The notes under the pieces were generated by a model, which made no database searches, had not been told where the DNA came from, and worked only from the letters and a program-made list of their open reading frames with translations. Shown one piece after another: positions 20,101-29,298 of a stretch of DNA of 64,000 nt (position 1 is the stretch's first letter; every line of letters begins with the position of its first letter). The stretch is from Bryobacterales bacterium (GTDB lineage Bacteria > Acidobacteriota > Terriglobia > Bryobacterales > UBA6623). The stretch spans positions 2,464,001-2,528,000 of the forward strand of contig OY729428.2 of NCBI GenBank assembly GCA_963422375.2. The letters run 5' to 3'. The position numbers were made by a program, and so were the translations under genes.

Positions 20101-20375
20101 CGTCATCCTTCAAGCCAGTCACCGAGCAGCGGTTCGGAACGTCAGGCCGCAACATCCTCGACACGCCAGGAGTGACCAACCTCGACCTGAGCATCTTCAA
20201 GAAATTCCCGATCGGCGAGAAGGCGGAGGCGGAATTCCGAGCGGAATTCTACAACTTCACCAACACGCCGCAGTTTGGTCGGTTCAACGACGACGCAAGC
20301 AGCGGAGGATTCATGACGATCAGCTCCGCTTCCAACGAGCGCTACGCACGGATCGGCTTGCGATTCGAGTTCTAG
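17112..20375 (+). CDS. TonB-dependent receptor with carboxypeptidase-regulatory-like N-terminal domain (Oar-like)
   Basis: Signal peptide, LVGIVTDGTGAVVPGA, TKSGTNDLHGS, NLGLRYEY, FSPRGGIAY, terminal LRFEF. Confidence 0.93.
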   Translation: MTKSTSGFRRSVVLLAVAVLACAAPSSGQVLYGSLVGIVTDGTGAVVPGAEISAVSNATGLELSTSSGADGLFRIVNVQVGGYDVSLTSEGFRTHTAANVSVTANEVTRVDVELVLGQVTEQVTVEASAAQLQTEKADTRAEISQEAITNFPLPAFRNYQSLVNLVPGATPARFQNSILDTPARALSTNVNGTNRNNNVTRIDGAASINVWLPHHAGYIAPAETIEEVSITTGSGDAEQGLSGGASTTVITKSGTNDLHGSAFWFHDNSSMRARNYFAKSIPESNFNNAGATIGGPIQSNKLFYFFSFDNTSQNVAGVRTGDEVPTADQRNGDFSAYFPATVIYDPYSGTPDGTGREPFQNNQIPRALQDEIARTVQGYYPEPNQPGTNNNFHSEASPPFDRAYYDTKINVNVTQDYRMWFKHGLMDAPVSGSPIFGEAGGPAAGGSPGNAETLVNLATFGHNYIFTPTLLYDGVFGFWRQDQSVYPSDFGKDFNLGIPGVGGPDPRQKGFPNIHPGYTWLGSPGWQPLERVEENWTTSQNFTFIRGAHQVRFGFDGILLKLSHWQPELGGGPRGNIHFNGDVTALKGGDIAPDQYNTYAAFLLGQSSRMRKAIQHVLATGAEWQFASYVTDRWQVSRNVTVNLGLRYEYYPLMSRAGGKGIERYDPFTNKMYMGGRGGTPKNAGIEVSKALFSPRGGIAYRVDDKTVVRTGFGLNYSPMPFSRPMRGQYPLTVAFDFQRDNTFTLFRTFSDGIPPVVGPDVDQGVIDVPLTAGFRSPYEGTLNRGYIASWNFTVERELPGQIFTSVGYVATRSVDMLADRDINASRPGEGNAGRPWAHVAGRKQNINMWDSYLNSDYQSLQLAINRAVGDGLMLKGAYTWSKAINMADDEGWAGVWWDHEDVFMRNRARAGYDRTQMFQMGFVYELPFLKNNNSAAGRILGNWQVSGVTALFTGTPRSIRASSSSLNAASAVQTADQVGAIRKIGATGPGQHYYDPSSFKPVTEQRFGTSGRNILDTPGVTNLDLSIFKKFPIGEKAEAEFRAEFYNFTNTPQFGRFNDDASSGGFMTISSASNERYARIGLRFEF

Positions 20376-20399
20376 CCGACCGAGTCAAGCTGAACCATG

Positions 20400-20427
20400 A
20401 AGGGCCTGCCCGCGGGCAGGCCCTTTT
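20400..20427 (+). terminator. Intrinsic terminator
   Basis: AAGGGCCTGCCC-GC-GGGCAGGCCCTTTT hairpin with a T-run, 25 bp after the stop codon. Confidence 0.8.
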
Positions 20428-20469
20428 CCGTCACTGCGAGGCACGGCCTATGTCCCAAGCTGTGGGAAT

Positions 20470-22005
20470 ATGAAATCTACCGGCGTGCAGGCGTCCAGTG
20501 CATTCCCGATCCCCGGTGCCCGCTTCCTCGTTGCAGCCGCCTCCCTAATTGCCTTCCCTGCGAGCCCGTCCGCGCAGTCCGATCCAGCCACCCTCGCCGA
20601 GCGCGCGAATCGAGCCATGGCCTCGCGGCAGTTCCCGGAGGCGGCCGCGCTTTACGACGAGCTCGCTAGGAGCTTCCCCAACGAGCCCTCGCTACAGGCC
20701 AACCTCGGCATGGCGCTCCACCTCGCGCGCCGCGACAGGGAGGCGATCCCCCACCTCAGGCAGGCCGCGTCGGCCATGCCTTCCTCCTTCCAAGCCCACC
20801 TGTTTCTCGGGGCCGGCCTGACTCGCCTAGAGGATTTCGCCGAGGCGGTCGAGCCCCTGCGCCACGCCGTCCGGCTCAATTCCAAGGATCCGTTCGCCCA
20901 AGCGCTACTCGCCGATTCGCTGGAGAGCACGGGCGGGTACGCCGAGGCCAGGGCCGTCTGGATGACCCTGCGCGAACTGGACCGCCGCAACGCATTCGCT
21001 CATGCCGGCCTCGTGCGCTGCTACGAGCAGCTGGCTGCACTAGCCTTCACCGACCTGAAGAATCGCGATCCGGAATCCCCGTGGGTCCTGCGACTCCTCG
21101 CGCGCGCGCGCCTCGCCGGCGAGCAGTACCCCAGCGCGCTCTACTTGTTCCGCCAGGCCTTGGCGCGGGCGCCGGGCGAGCGCTCTCTCCACGAAGCGGT
21201 CGCTCAGATCTACGAGCGGACGGGGCGCGCAGAATGGGCCCGGACCGAGCGCGAGAGGCTGGCTGCGCTCCCCGAGACGGAGTGTTCGACGGTCCGCACG
21301 GCGGCTTGCGACTTCGCCGCGGGCCGCCTCGAGTCGATTACCGAGCCGACGCCACACGCGTCGGCGGAGGACGTCTTCTGGGCGGCACGGGCGTACGCCG
21401 AGCTGGCCGAGAGTTCCTTCGCAGATCTCGCGGCGCTTCCCGAGTCGCCCGAGAAACTGGAGCTCGTCTCGGTCATCCTCGCGTCCCAAGGCGAGTTCTC
21501 CAAGGCTGCCGACGCCGTCCGGAGAGCGTTGGAGGTGACCCCCGGCGACGCTTCCCAGGAACGCCAGCTGGCGGAATTGCTCTACCTGGCCCGCCAGTTC
21601 GACGACGCCCGCCCGCTGCTCGAGCGCTTCGCGCGGGAGGACAGCCGCGACCCGCGGTGGCCCGCGATGCTGGGCAGCATCCTAGCCGACGAGCAGGACT
21701 TCAACAAGGCCGTCGCGCATCTCGAAGCAGCCATGGCGCTGCCCAATCCGCCTGCGACCGCGAGGCTCGACCTCGGGCGCTCGTACCTCTCCGCGGGAAA
21801 GCCGCAGGAAGCGATCGAGCACCTGCGCGGATCCCTAGGCATGGACACGGACGGCAGCGTCCACTACCAGCTCGCACAGGCATATCAGCAAGCCGGCCAG
21901 ACGGAGGCGGCGCGCGACGCGCTGGCCAAGTACCGGACACTCGCCGAGGCCAGCCGGCAGGCGACAGCGGCCTCCGCATCCTTGGAAATCACGCCTCCGA
22001 ACTGA
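20470..22005 (+). CDS. Secreted tetratricopeptide repeat protein
   Basis: Signal-like N-terminus and multiple TPR-like helices (ANLGMAL, AHLFLGAGL, VHYQLAQAY). Confidence 0.85.
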   Translation: MKSTGVQASSAFPIPGARFLVAAASLIAFPASPSAQSDPATLAERANRAMASRQFPEAAALYDELARSFPNEPSLQANLGMALHLARRDREAIPHLRQAASAMPSSFQAHLFLGAGLTRLEDFAEAVEPLRHAVRLNSKDPFAQALLADSLESTGGYAEARAVWMTLRELDRRNAFAHAGLVRCYEQLAALAFTDLKNRDPESPWVLRLLARARLAGEQYPSALYLFRQALARAPGERSLHEAVAQIYERTGRAEWARTERERLAALPETECSTVRTAACDFAAGRLESITEPTPHASAEDVFWAARAYAELAESSFADLAALPESPEKLELVSVILASQGEFSKAADAVRRALEVTPGDASQERQLAELLYLARQFDDARPLLERFAREDSRDPRWPAMLGSILADEQDFNKAVAHLEAAMALPNPPATARLDLGRSYLSAGKPQEAIEHLRGSLGMDTDGSVHYQLAQAYQQAGQTEAARDALAKYRTLAEASRQATAASASLEITPPN

Positions 22006-22167
22006 CGGACGCTCCTGCGCCGGACACGCCGGAGAACGCAGCGAGGGTCACTCGATTCGGCGGAATCGCGCCCGGACCCGACTGCGCGCCGAGGCTCGGC
22101 GCTCGCGGGCTAGGCAACTCGCGAGCGCTCCCTGGCATTGCGATATGATGATTCCGCCTGCTACGCA

Positions 22168-23214
22168 ATGAGCCACCAGAACAACTTCCCGAAACTGCAC
22201 AATGCCGCGTGGCCCGGTGTCGTCGGCAAGGGCCCGGACTCCGAGCCGCCGATCGACCTCGACACCATGCTCGACCTCACGGCGGCCACCGATGTCGGCG
22301 GCCGCAAGTTCGACGGCGTCGACCTGTTTCTGTTCGACCCGCACATCAGCATCGACATCTCGGACGACGACCTCAAGGCCTGGGCCGACAAGTTCTCCGA
22401 CCGCGGACTGGTGATCGGCTCGGTCGTCGCCCCCGTCTGGGGCCCGACCGGAGGCGGCGCGGCCATTGACCCCGGCGAAGGCCGGGCGGCGTTCCTCACA
22501 GCCGTGCGCAAGGGCTGCCGCATCGCACGAAATCTTTCCCAGTGGGGAATCCGCCCGTACGGCGTCGTCCGCATCGACTCCGCGAGCGGCGTCGGGGACT
22601 GGGCCCAGGATCCCGCTGGCAACACGGCGAACGTGGTCGAGACCTTCCGCCAGGCCGCCTCCATCGCCCGGGACCACGGCGAGCGCCTGGCAGCGGAAGG
22701 CGAGATCTGCTGGGGGGGGATACACAGCTGGAAGTACATGCTGGAGGTGCTCGAGGGCGTGAACGACCCGTCCCTCGGATTCCAGGCCGACATGGCGCAC
22801 ACCCTGCTCTACACGCTCGGCTACAACGCCCCGGAGCATGCCCTGCTCCCGCAGGGTTACGACTGGACGGACGCCGGCTTGCTCGACGACGCCCTCCGCA
22901 CGGTCACCGACGCGCTGCGCCCGTGGACGAACGACTTCCACGTCGCCCAGAACGACGGCACCGTGTTCGGCAGCGGCAGCCACGACCGCACCGGCCGACA
23001 CTGCCAAGCGACGGATCCCAGCGGCCGACTCGACATCACGCGCCATGCCGGGTTCTGGCTGCGCGACAGCAGCGGCGACGTCACCCGGAACTGCCGGCAT
23101 ATCTGCTGGGACGGCTGCATGTTCCCCAACGAGGTCATGATGCGACCCGAGACGTGGAACGACATCCTCGGCGTCATGGCGGCCGTGCAGGACGCCCACG
23201 GCTGGACTGAATAG
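22168..23214 (+). CDS. Sugar phosphate isomerase/epimerase-like TIM-barrel protein
   Basis: [24 protein letters not shown] and FHVAQNDG motifs. Confidence 0.8.
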   Translation: MSHQNNFPKLHNAAWPGVVGKGPDSEPPIDLDTMLDLTAATDVGGRKFDGVDLFLFDPHISIDISDDDLKAWADKFSDRGLVIGSVVAPVWGPTGGGAAIDPGEGRAAFLTAVRKGCRIARNLSQWGIRPYGVVRIDSASGVGDWAQDPAGNTANVVETFRQAASIARDHGERLAAEGEICWGGIHSWKYMLEVLEGVNDPSLGFQADMAHTLLYTLGYNAPEHALLPQGYDWTDAGLLDDALRTVTDALRPWTNDFHVAQNDGTVFGSGSHDRTGRHCQATDPSGRLDITRHAGFWLRDSSGDVTRNCRHICWDGCMFPNEVMMRPETWNDILGVMAAVQDAHGWTE

Positions 23215-23215
23215 C

Positions 23216-23845
23216 CTAGGCACGCATCGATACGGATACCCTCGCGCCGCGATACAGCATCCAGGTTCCGGCCATCTGCACCACGTGGTAGAGGTCATTA
23301 TGGTTGAACTGCCTGTGCGGCGCGACACCCCCGGCTTGGATGGCGGCCGCAAGGAACGACACGAGCACGCCCAGGACGATCCATCGCGCGGAAGCCTCGC
23401 CGGTCCGGCGCCAACTCCTCGCATGCAAGGCGAGGACGAAACCGAACGCCAGCGAGTAGTCGATGATCGCGAGCAGGAATGCGGTGGTCTTGAGCGTCAA
23501 GAGGAGGTAGGCCGCGAGCTTCAGGCTCCCCGCGATCTCCGCCCGGCGACGCCATCGCGCCGAGAGATGCGCCCGGGCGGAAGCGACCGTTGCGAAGAAG
23601 GCGGCGCAACCGATGGAGGCAAGCGTCACCCACCACAGCGCCGCAGCGGGCCGTTGGCCCAGGAAGGGCAGAAAGCCGTGGTGGGAGCCCCCGGCGAAGG
23701 CCGCCACGGAGCAGGCGGCCAGCGCCGCCGCCCAGCTGCTCCGGCTCGGGTCGGGACGCTCGCGCCGCAGCCGCCAGGCCAGCGCAACGCACAGCAAGCC
23801 CAGCGCGTAGTCCGTCACTAGGGTCATCGGCTCGCGCAAGGCCAC
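23216..23845 (-). CDS. Multi-pass membrane protein (DUF6962-like)
   Basis: About 7 hydrophobic segments, EPMTLVTDY, GGSHHG and FNHNDLYH motifs. Confidence 0.7.
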   Translation of the reverse strand: MALREPMTLVTDYALGLLCVALAWRLRRERPDPSRSSWAAALAACSVAAFAGGSHHGFLPFLGQRPAAALWWVTLASIGCAAFFATVASARAHLSARWRRRAEIAGSLKLAAYLLLTLKTTAFLLAIIDYSLAFGFVLALHARSWRRTGEASARWIVLGVLVSFLAAAIQAGGVAPHRQFNHNDLYHVVQMAGTWMLYRGARVSVSMRA

Positions 23846-23862
23846 GGTCGCTAGAATACGAT

Positions 23863-24549
23863 ATGAACACGCCCGAGCCAGCCCGCGGAAGGACTCGCGA
23901 CCGCAGCGCCTTCTGGGCCGCGGTCGCGGTAGTGGCCCTCGGAGCGACGGTGGCCGTCGCTTGGCAGCGCGGCTGGCTCGGCGGCCTGCTCAGCCAAGAC
24001 CAGCTGGTCGCTTGGATGCGGGACGAAGGGTGGGCGGGCCCCCTGATCTGCATCGGCATCCAGTTCCTGCAGGTGGTGATCTTCGCGATCCCGGGTGAGA
24101 TTACGCAGATCGCGGCGGGCTACGTCTTCGGCGCATGGTGGGGCTTCGCTTATTCCGTCGTCGGGATATTTCTCGGATCCGCTTTCGACTTCGGGTTCGC
24201 GAGGGCGGTCGGGCGTCCGGCCACGCAGCGATTGCTGGGCGCGGCCCGGCTCGAGGACATCGACCGTGGGTTGCAGTCACGCAAGGGCCTCGCGGCGGTA
24301 TTCCTGCTGTTCCTGCTTCCCGGGATGCCCAAGGACGCAATGTCGTACGGAGCCGGGCTGACCATGCTGCGCCTGCCAGTGTTCCTTGCGATCAGCGTGC
24401 CCGCCCGGATGCCCGCGCTGCTTCTGAGCACCCGCTTCGGCGAGGAAGCGTACGATCGCGACTACGCTTCGATGGCATGGGTGGCGGCAGGGGCCGGCCT
24501 GCTGCTGGCCGCCGCAGCGCTCTATCGTTGGACGCACCGGGCGAAATGA
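23863..24549 (+). CDS. TVP38/TMEM64 (DedA/VTT domain) membrane protein
   Basis: QVVIFAIPGE, GYVFG and LFLLPGMPKD...YGAG. Confidence 0.9.
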   Translation: MNTPEPARGRTRDRSAFWAAVAVVALGATVAVAWQRGWLGGLLSQDQLVAWMRDEGWAGPLICIGIQFLQVVIFAIPGEITQIAAGYVFGAWWGFAYSVVGIFLGSAFDFGFARAVGRPATQRLLGAARLEDIDRGLQSRKGLAAVFLLFLLPGMPKDAMSYGAGLTMLRLPVFLAISVPARMPALLLSTRFGEEAYDRDYASMAWVAAGAGLLLAAAALYRWTHRAK

Positions 24550-25379
24550 TCCGAGCGATGCGAGCAGCGGACATCGACGGCGCCATGCGCCTGAAAGAGG
24601 CGGCCCGGTGGAACCAGACGGCGCTGGACTGGGAACGCCTGCTGCGGCTCGAGCCGCACGGCTGCTTCGTGGACGCGCGCGCCGGCATGATCGCCGGCAC
24701 GGCCACGGCGCTGCGTCACGGGTCCGGCCTCGCTTGGATCGGCATGGTCCTCGTGCTTCCGAAATGCCGCCGCCGGGGCATCGCGCGGGCCCTGATGGCG
24801 CATTCGCTGGATTGGCTCCGCGAGCGCGGGCACCGCGCCGTCGGGCTGGACGCGACCGATATGGGCCGCCCGCTGTACCTCGACCTCGGCTTCAGGGATC
24901 GCGAGCCGATCGAGCGCTGGGAGAGGTCGGCGACCGCGCGGCAGTCCGCCAAGCGGCCCGCTCGATCCCCGGGGCCGTGGTCGCAGGCCCATGCCGCACT
25001 CGACCGCGCCGCGTGTGGGTTCGACCGGCGCGAGCTGCTGCTCGACCTCTCCCGGGACCAATGCGTCGAAGGCGTTCGATCCGAGACGGGCTTCGGCTTC
25101 GGCCGACCCGGTTCGCAGGCCTGGTTCCTAGGGCCGTGCGTCGCCGCGACCCAGCGCGAGGCCGCGGCCCTGCTGGCGGAGCTGCTGCGCGGGCACGAAG
25201 GTGAGCGGGTGTTCTGGGACCTCCCACCGTCCAATCCCTCCGCCGCTCGGCTGGCCGCGGGCATGGGATTCCGCCGGGCCCGCCGGCTGGCCCGCATGAT
25301 GCGCGCCGAAACGGGCGGGTACGTCCCGACCGGCCGCGCCGACCAAGTCTACGCAGCCGCGGGCTTCGAGTTCGGATAG
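24546..25379 (+). CDS. GNAT-family N-acetyltransferase
   Basis: WIGMVLVLPKCRRRGIA and LDATDMGRPLY..LGF. ATGA overlap with the upstream gene. Confidence 0.9.
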   Translation: MIRAMRAADIDGAMRLKEAARWNQTALDWERLLRLEPHGCFVDARAGMIAGTATALRHGSGLAWIGMVLVLPKCRRRGIARALMAHSLDWLRERGHRAVGLDATDMGRPLYLDLGFRDREPIERWERSATARQSAKRPARSPGPWSQAHAALDRAACGFDRRELLLDLSRDQCVEGVRSETGFGFGRPGSQAWFLGPCVAATQREAAALLAELLRGHEGERVFWDLPPSNPSAARLAAGMGFRRARRLARMMRAETGGYVPTGRADQVYAAAGFEFG

Positions 25380-25382
25380 ACC

Positions 25383-26237
25383 GTGGCTTTCCGGCGTACC
25401 AAGGCGCTCTGGCGTGTGATGGGTGAGGAGATCACCCTCGGCGTGAACACCCTCATCGCCGGGCGCATCGACCTGCTGCGCGGCGGCACCACGCAGGTCG
25501 ATCCCGCGGCGGTGCTCGACATCGCCACCGGCATGGAGGAGAGAGAGGCGGACATCGTAGAGATCAACCCCGGCCCGAGGGTGCTGACCACGGCCCTGCC
25601 GACTCCCGACGAGGAGCTGCCGCGGCTCGTGCCGGTGCTGCGACGACTCGGGCCGCGCATCTCCGTTCCGATCAGCGTCGTGACCGTCAATGCCGAGACG
25701 GCCAAGCGCGCCATCGGACTAGGAGCGTCCATCGTGCATGACACTACCGGCCTGGCATTCGACGTCAAGCTGGCGCCGACCGTCAACGAGACCGACGCGG
25801 CCCTCGTGCTGGGTCACATGCGCGGGGCGCCGAGCCAGTGGTCGCGCATGGAGCCGCTGAACCGGCTGGCCGAACAGGTTCGCACCGACCTGCGGGCTTC
25901 CCTGCTCCGCGCCCACAAGGCGGGTATCGAACGGCGGCGCATCGTCCTGGAGCCCGGTCTCGACCACGGCAAGCGCGGTCACGAGAACTTCAGGCTGCTG
26001 CGGCTGCTCGGAACACTCGGGCCTCCCGGCCAAGCGATCCAAGCCGGCCTCGCCGGGAAGCGGTTCCTCGTCGAATCCGTGCGCGCGAGCGCGGCCGAAA
26101 GGTCGGCCGCGCTGGCCGTGGCGGCCACGCTGGCGCTCGAGTCCGGCGCCCACATCCTGACAGTCGAGCATCCAGAGGCGATCCGCGACGCAGTCAAGGT
26201 CGTGGACAGGATCTACCAAGGCGACGAGGAGGGGTGA
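25383..26237 (+). CDS. Divergent dihydropteroate synthase-like (pterin-binding) protein
   Basis: Overall FolP layout (EEL.RL.PVL, GASIVHD, HMRG, EPG...GK, GAHIL), but most catalytic residues are altered. Confidence 0.8.
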   Translation: MAFRRTKALWRVMGEEITLGVNTLIAGRIDLLRGGTTQVDPAAVLDIATGMEEREADIVEINPGPRVLTTALPTPDEELPRLVPVLRRLGPRISVPISVVTVNAETAKRAIGLGASIVHDTTGLAFDVKLAPTVNETDAALVLGHMRGAPSQWSRMEPLNRLAEQVRTDLRASLLRAHKAGIERRRIVLEPGLDHGKRGHENFRLLRLLGTLGPPGQAIQAGLAGKRFLVESVRASAAERSAALAVAATLALESGAHILTVEHPEAIRDAVKVVDRIYQGDEEG

Positions 26238-26256
26238 GACGTCCGCCCCCCGCCGC

Positions 26257-28833
26257 CTAGCCCGCGAAGCTCGGGGCGCAAGCCCGGACCAAGGCCGGCT
26301 CCAGCGCGTTGCAAGTCCCTTGAGGCACCTTCGCCGAGCCATGCCGGATATAGAATACGTCCTCGACGTGATGACCCTGGGTTTCGCACAGGACTAGGTC
26401 TATGTCGCAGTCGTGCTCCGAGATGACCTTTGCGAGGTCATACAGCAGGCGCTTCCGGTTCATCGCCCGGACGTAGACGATCGTGGCCCGTGCCGACGTC
26501 TTGTTGTCGATCGATACGCGGACGTCCACGGCCTGTCGGCGGCGATTGCTCAGGAGCCTTCGCCTCCCGAGAACCGCGCTGATGTCGAGCGTGCCCTCCG
26601 CGACTCGCCGCAAGCGCTGCTCGAAGCCGCCTAGGTCGCCGACTTCGGCGCTGGATGCCGACCCGTCGGAGCCGAGCGAGACGCGAAACGAGTCCAAGAC
26701 CAGCCCGGCCTCGTTCGCGAACGCCTCGGCCTGCTTGATGTCGAAACCGGTGCCGCTGAAGGCCCCGCACAGGGACGCGAACAGGAAGGGCCGGTCGGGC
26801 GCCAGGACCACGACCTCCCAGTCGGCCCCGGCGCGCTTCGCGACTGCCGTGGCGCGTCCCGGTTCCAGATCGCGGGACATTCGGAAGTGCTCGAAGACCT
26901 GCTCCGCCGCGCGCGTCCTGAGGTAGCGCTCGGGAAAGCCCCGCAGGAAGGCCTGCATGTGCCGCCTCTCGGCGGCCGACCGCGTCAGTTCCAGGCAGTC
27001 TTCCTGGGAGCCTCCGTCAATCCGCTTGTCCTCGTGGTCCCTCTGGAACACGCCATGCACGCCGAGATACAGCCTCCAGAGAAGCTCCTTGCGCCAGTTC
27101 GAGCGCGCCGACGGGTCGACCGCGACGCTGTCCGCGTAGGTCATCAGCGCCAGCAGCTTCAGGCGGTCCACGGTTCTGACGCGCGCCTTGAAGCTCTCCA
27201 GCACTTCCGGCTCGCTGAGGTCGCGCTTCGTCATCACCGCCGACATCGCCGCGTGGTCGCGAACGAGCTGCAGGACCGTGTCGCGATCGAGCGGATCGTC
27301 GACGCCGAGGCGCCGCATGGCCTTCTCGGCGAGATCCGCGCTCGCCTCGTCGTGCTTCTGCCTGGAAACGCCCTTGCCGACATCGTGGAACAGCAGCGCC
27401 AGGTACAGGAGGTCGGGCTTGCCGGCCTCGCCGAGCAGGTCTGCGAAGCGCCTGTCGATCGGATCCGTCGCCGCGGGGAGATCCTTCAGGATGCGGATCG
27501 TGACGAGCGTGTGCTCGTCGACGGTGTAGCGGTGGTAGAAATTGCGGATGACGAGGCAGTCGATCAGTTCGAATTCGGGCAGCAGCGCAGAGAGCACCCC
27601 CGACTCGCGCATTGACTCCAAGGCCCTGTAGGCATGCGGCAGGGACAGGATTTCCCTCAGGTGCGGCCACTGCTGCTCGCCCGCAGCGAAGTGGGCTCGC
27701 ACGGCCGGAATGTACTCCTGGATGCGGGCCTCGGTCTGCCACGCGAGGGGAAGGCCGTGGCGCGCCTGGAAGGCAAAGGTCTCGAGCGCGAGCTGCGGCC
27801 TCGCCTCGAGCGCGTGCGGATCCCGGAAGAAGACGCGGCCCTGCGTCACGCTGAAGTCGCGGTTCGACAGGCGCGAGATGCGCCTGCGCAGGATCTTGAG
27901 CATCGCGTTCGAGGGCGTCGCCGCCTCGTCCATCAGGCGGAGCGCCAGTCGGAACATCAGGCGCGTGTTGCGGAAATAGGTCCGCATCAGGTCCGACGCG
28001 CCGCGCTCGCCCGCGTAGGCCTTGCCCGCTCCGTCGTTCGCGATCGAGTCCTGCATGTCGTAGGTGAGCAGGTTGCGATCCCGCCCGTAGTAGTAGTGCA
28101 GATAGCAGCGCACCGCGAACAGGAAGCGCTTGGCATCGTCGATATGCCACCCGCGCTGGTTCGGGAGAAACTCCTCGCTCCAAGGAATGCGGTCCGTCTC
28201 GATGTGCTCGAGCTGCGCCATCCAGCAGGCCAGGTGGTAGTCGCGCAGCCCTCCCGGCCCCTCTTTGACGTTCGGCTCCAAGTGGTAAAGCGTGCGGCCG
28301 AAGGCCCGATGCCGCTTCCTGGCCGTCTCGGAGAGCATGCGCGAGATCGCTTTCTGCTCGCGCAGGTAGAACTTCGGCAGCGCCGTCCCGCAGAACTCCT
28401 TGAAGAAGCCCATGTCGCCGGCAACGAAGCGGGTGTCGAGCAGGCTGATGTGGAGCTCGGCGTTGTCCGGCGCCAGCTTGGTGCAGTCGCGCGGATCCCG
28501 CACCGAGTGGGACACGCGGAGCTTGGAGTCCCACAGGTTGGCGAGAAGCGTCGCGATCTTGTCCTTGCGGATCTCCGCCTCGCGCGCCTTGCTGAACAGC
28601 AGGAGCAGGTCGACGTCGGAATGCGGGAACATCTCCGTCCGGCCGTACCCGCCCACGGCGATGGCCGTGATGCCGCCGCCCTCGCCGGCGAACTCCTCCT
28701 CGAACAGCCGGCCGACGATGTCGTCGACCGTGTCGGTGCGCCGGGCCACCGCGCGCAAGCCGTCCCCGTCCTCGAAGAAGTCCGAACTCATCCTCTCCAT
28801 CTGCTGGACGTGGTAAGCGGCAAGGCTGGACAT
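26257..28833 (-). CDS. glnD: [Protein-PII] uridylyltransferase
   Basis: AVGGYGR..MFPHSDVDLL, EPNVKEGPGGLRD, HRYTVDEH, LFHDVGKG and C-terminal ACT-like domains. Confidence 0.95.
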   Translation of the reverse strand: MSSLAAYHVQQMERMSSDFFEDGDGLRAVARRTDTVDDIVGRLFEEEFAGEGGGITAIAVGGYGRTEMFPHSDVDLLLLFSKAREAEIRKDKIATLLANLWDSKLRVSHSVRDPRDCTKLAPDNAELHISLLDTRFVAGDMGFFKEFCGTALPKFYLREQKAISRMLSETARKRHRAFGRTLYHLEPNVKEGPGGLRDYHLACWMAQLEHIETDRIPWSEEFLPNQRGWHIDDAKRFLFAVRCYLHYYYGRDRNLLTYDMQDSIANDGAGKAYAGERGASDLMRTYFRNTRLMFRLALRLMDEAATPSNAMLKILRRRISRLSNRDFSVTQGRVFFRDPHALEARPQLALETFAFQARHGLPLAWQTEARIQEYIPAVRAHFAAGEQQWPHLREILSLPHAYRALESMRESGVLSALLPEFELIDCLVIRNFYHRYTVDEHTLVTIRILKDLPAATDPIDRRFADLLGEAGKPDLLYLALLFHDVGKGVSRQKHDEASADLAEKAMRRLGVDDPLDRDTVLQLVRDHAAMSAVMTKRDLSEPEVLESFKARVRTVDRLKLLALMTYADSVAVDPSARSNWRKELLWRLYLGVHGVFQRDHEDKRIDGGSQEDCLELTRSAAERRHMQAFLRGFPERYLRTRAAEQVFEHFRMSRDLEPGRATAVAKRAGADWEVVVLAPDRPFLFASLCGAFSGTGFDIKQAEAFANEAGLVLDSFRVSLGSDGSASSAEVGDLGGFEQRLRRVAEGTLDISAVLGRRRLLSNRRRQAVDVRVSIDNKTSARATIVYVRAMNRKRLLYDLAKVISEHDCDIDLVLCETQGHHVEDVFYIRHGSAKVPQGTCNALEPALVRACAPSFAG

Positions 28834-28935
28834 CGGGGTCTTTCGCTCCTGCGCGGCATCGCGTTGGAAACGGGCCCGCGGCCGACGGGCCCGTCAAGTC
28901 AAGGGAGTCGGGGGCGGCCGCCCCCGCGCTACGAG

Positions 28936-29274
28936 CTAGAGGGCGTCGTCGTCCCGCTCGTCATTGCGAATCCTGATGGCCTGGCCGACGTCCGAGATGA
29001 AGACCTTGCCGTCGCCGATCTTGCCGGTCCGCGCGGACTCGATGATCGCTGACACCGTCTCCTCCACGCGGTCGCTCGGCACGATCGCCTCGAGCTTGAC
29101 CTTCGGCAGCAGGTCCACCTCGTACTCCTGGCCGCGGTAGACCTCCTTGTGGCCCTTCTGGCGGCCGTGACCTCGCACGTCGTAGATCGTCATCCCGTCG
29201 ACGCCGATCCCCTTGAGTGCCTCGCGGACGTCGTCCAGCTTGAACGGCTGGATGACAGCTTCGATTTTCTTCAT
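28936..29274 (-). CDS. glnB: PII nitrogen regulatory protein (GlnB/GlnK)
   Basis: 112 aa, GRQKGH.EVYRG.EY and TGKIGDGKVF. Could equally be named glnK given the linkage to amtB. Confidence 0.96.
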   Translation of the reverse strand: MKKIEAVIQPFKLDDVREALKGIGVDGMTIYDVRGHGRQKGHKEVYRGQEYEVDLLPKVKLEAIVPSDRVEETVSAIIESARTGKIGDGKVFISDVGQAIRIRNDERDDDAL

Positions 29275-29298
29275 GACAAGCTCCTCCTCAAATAGCTG

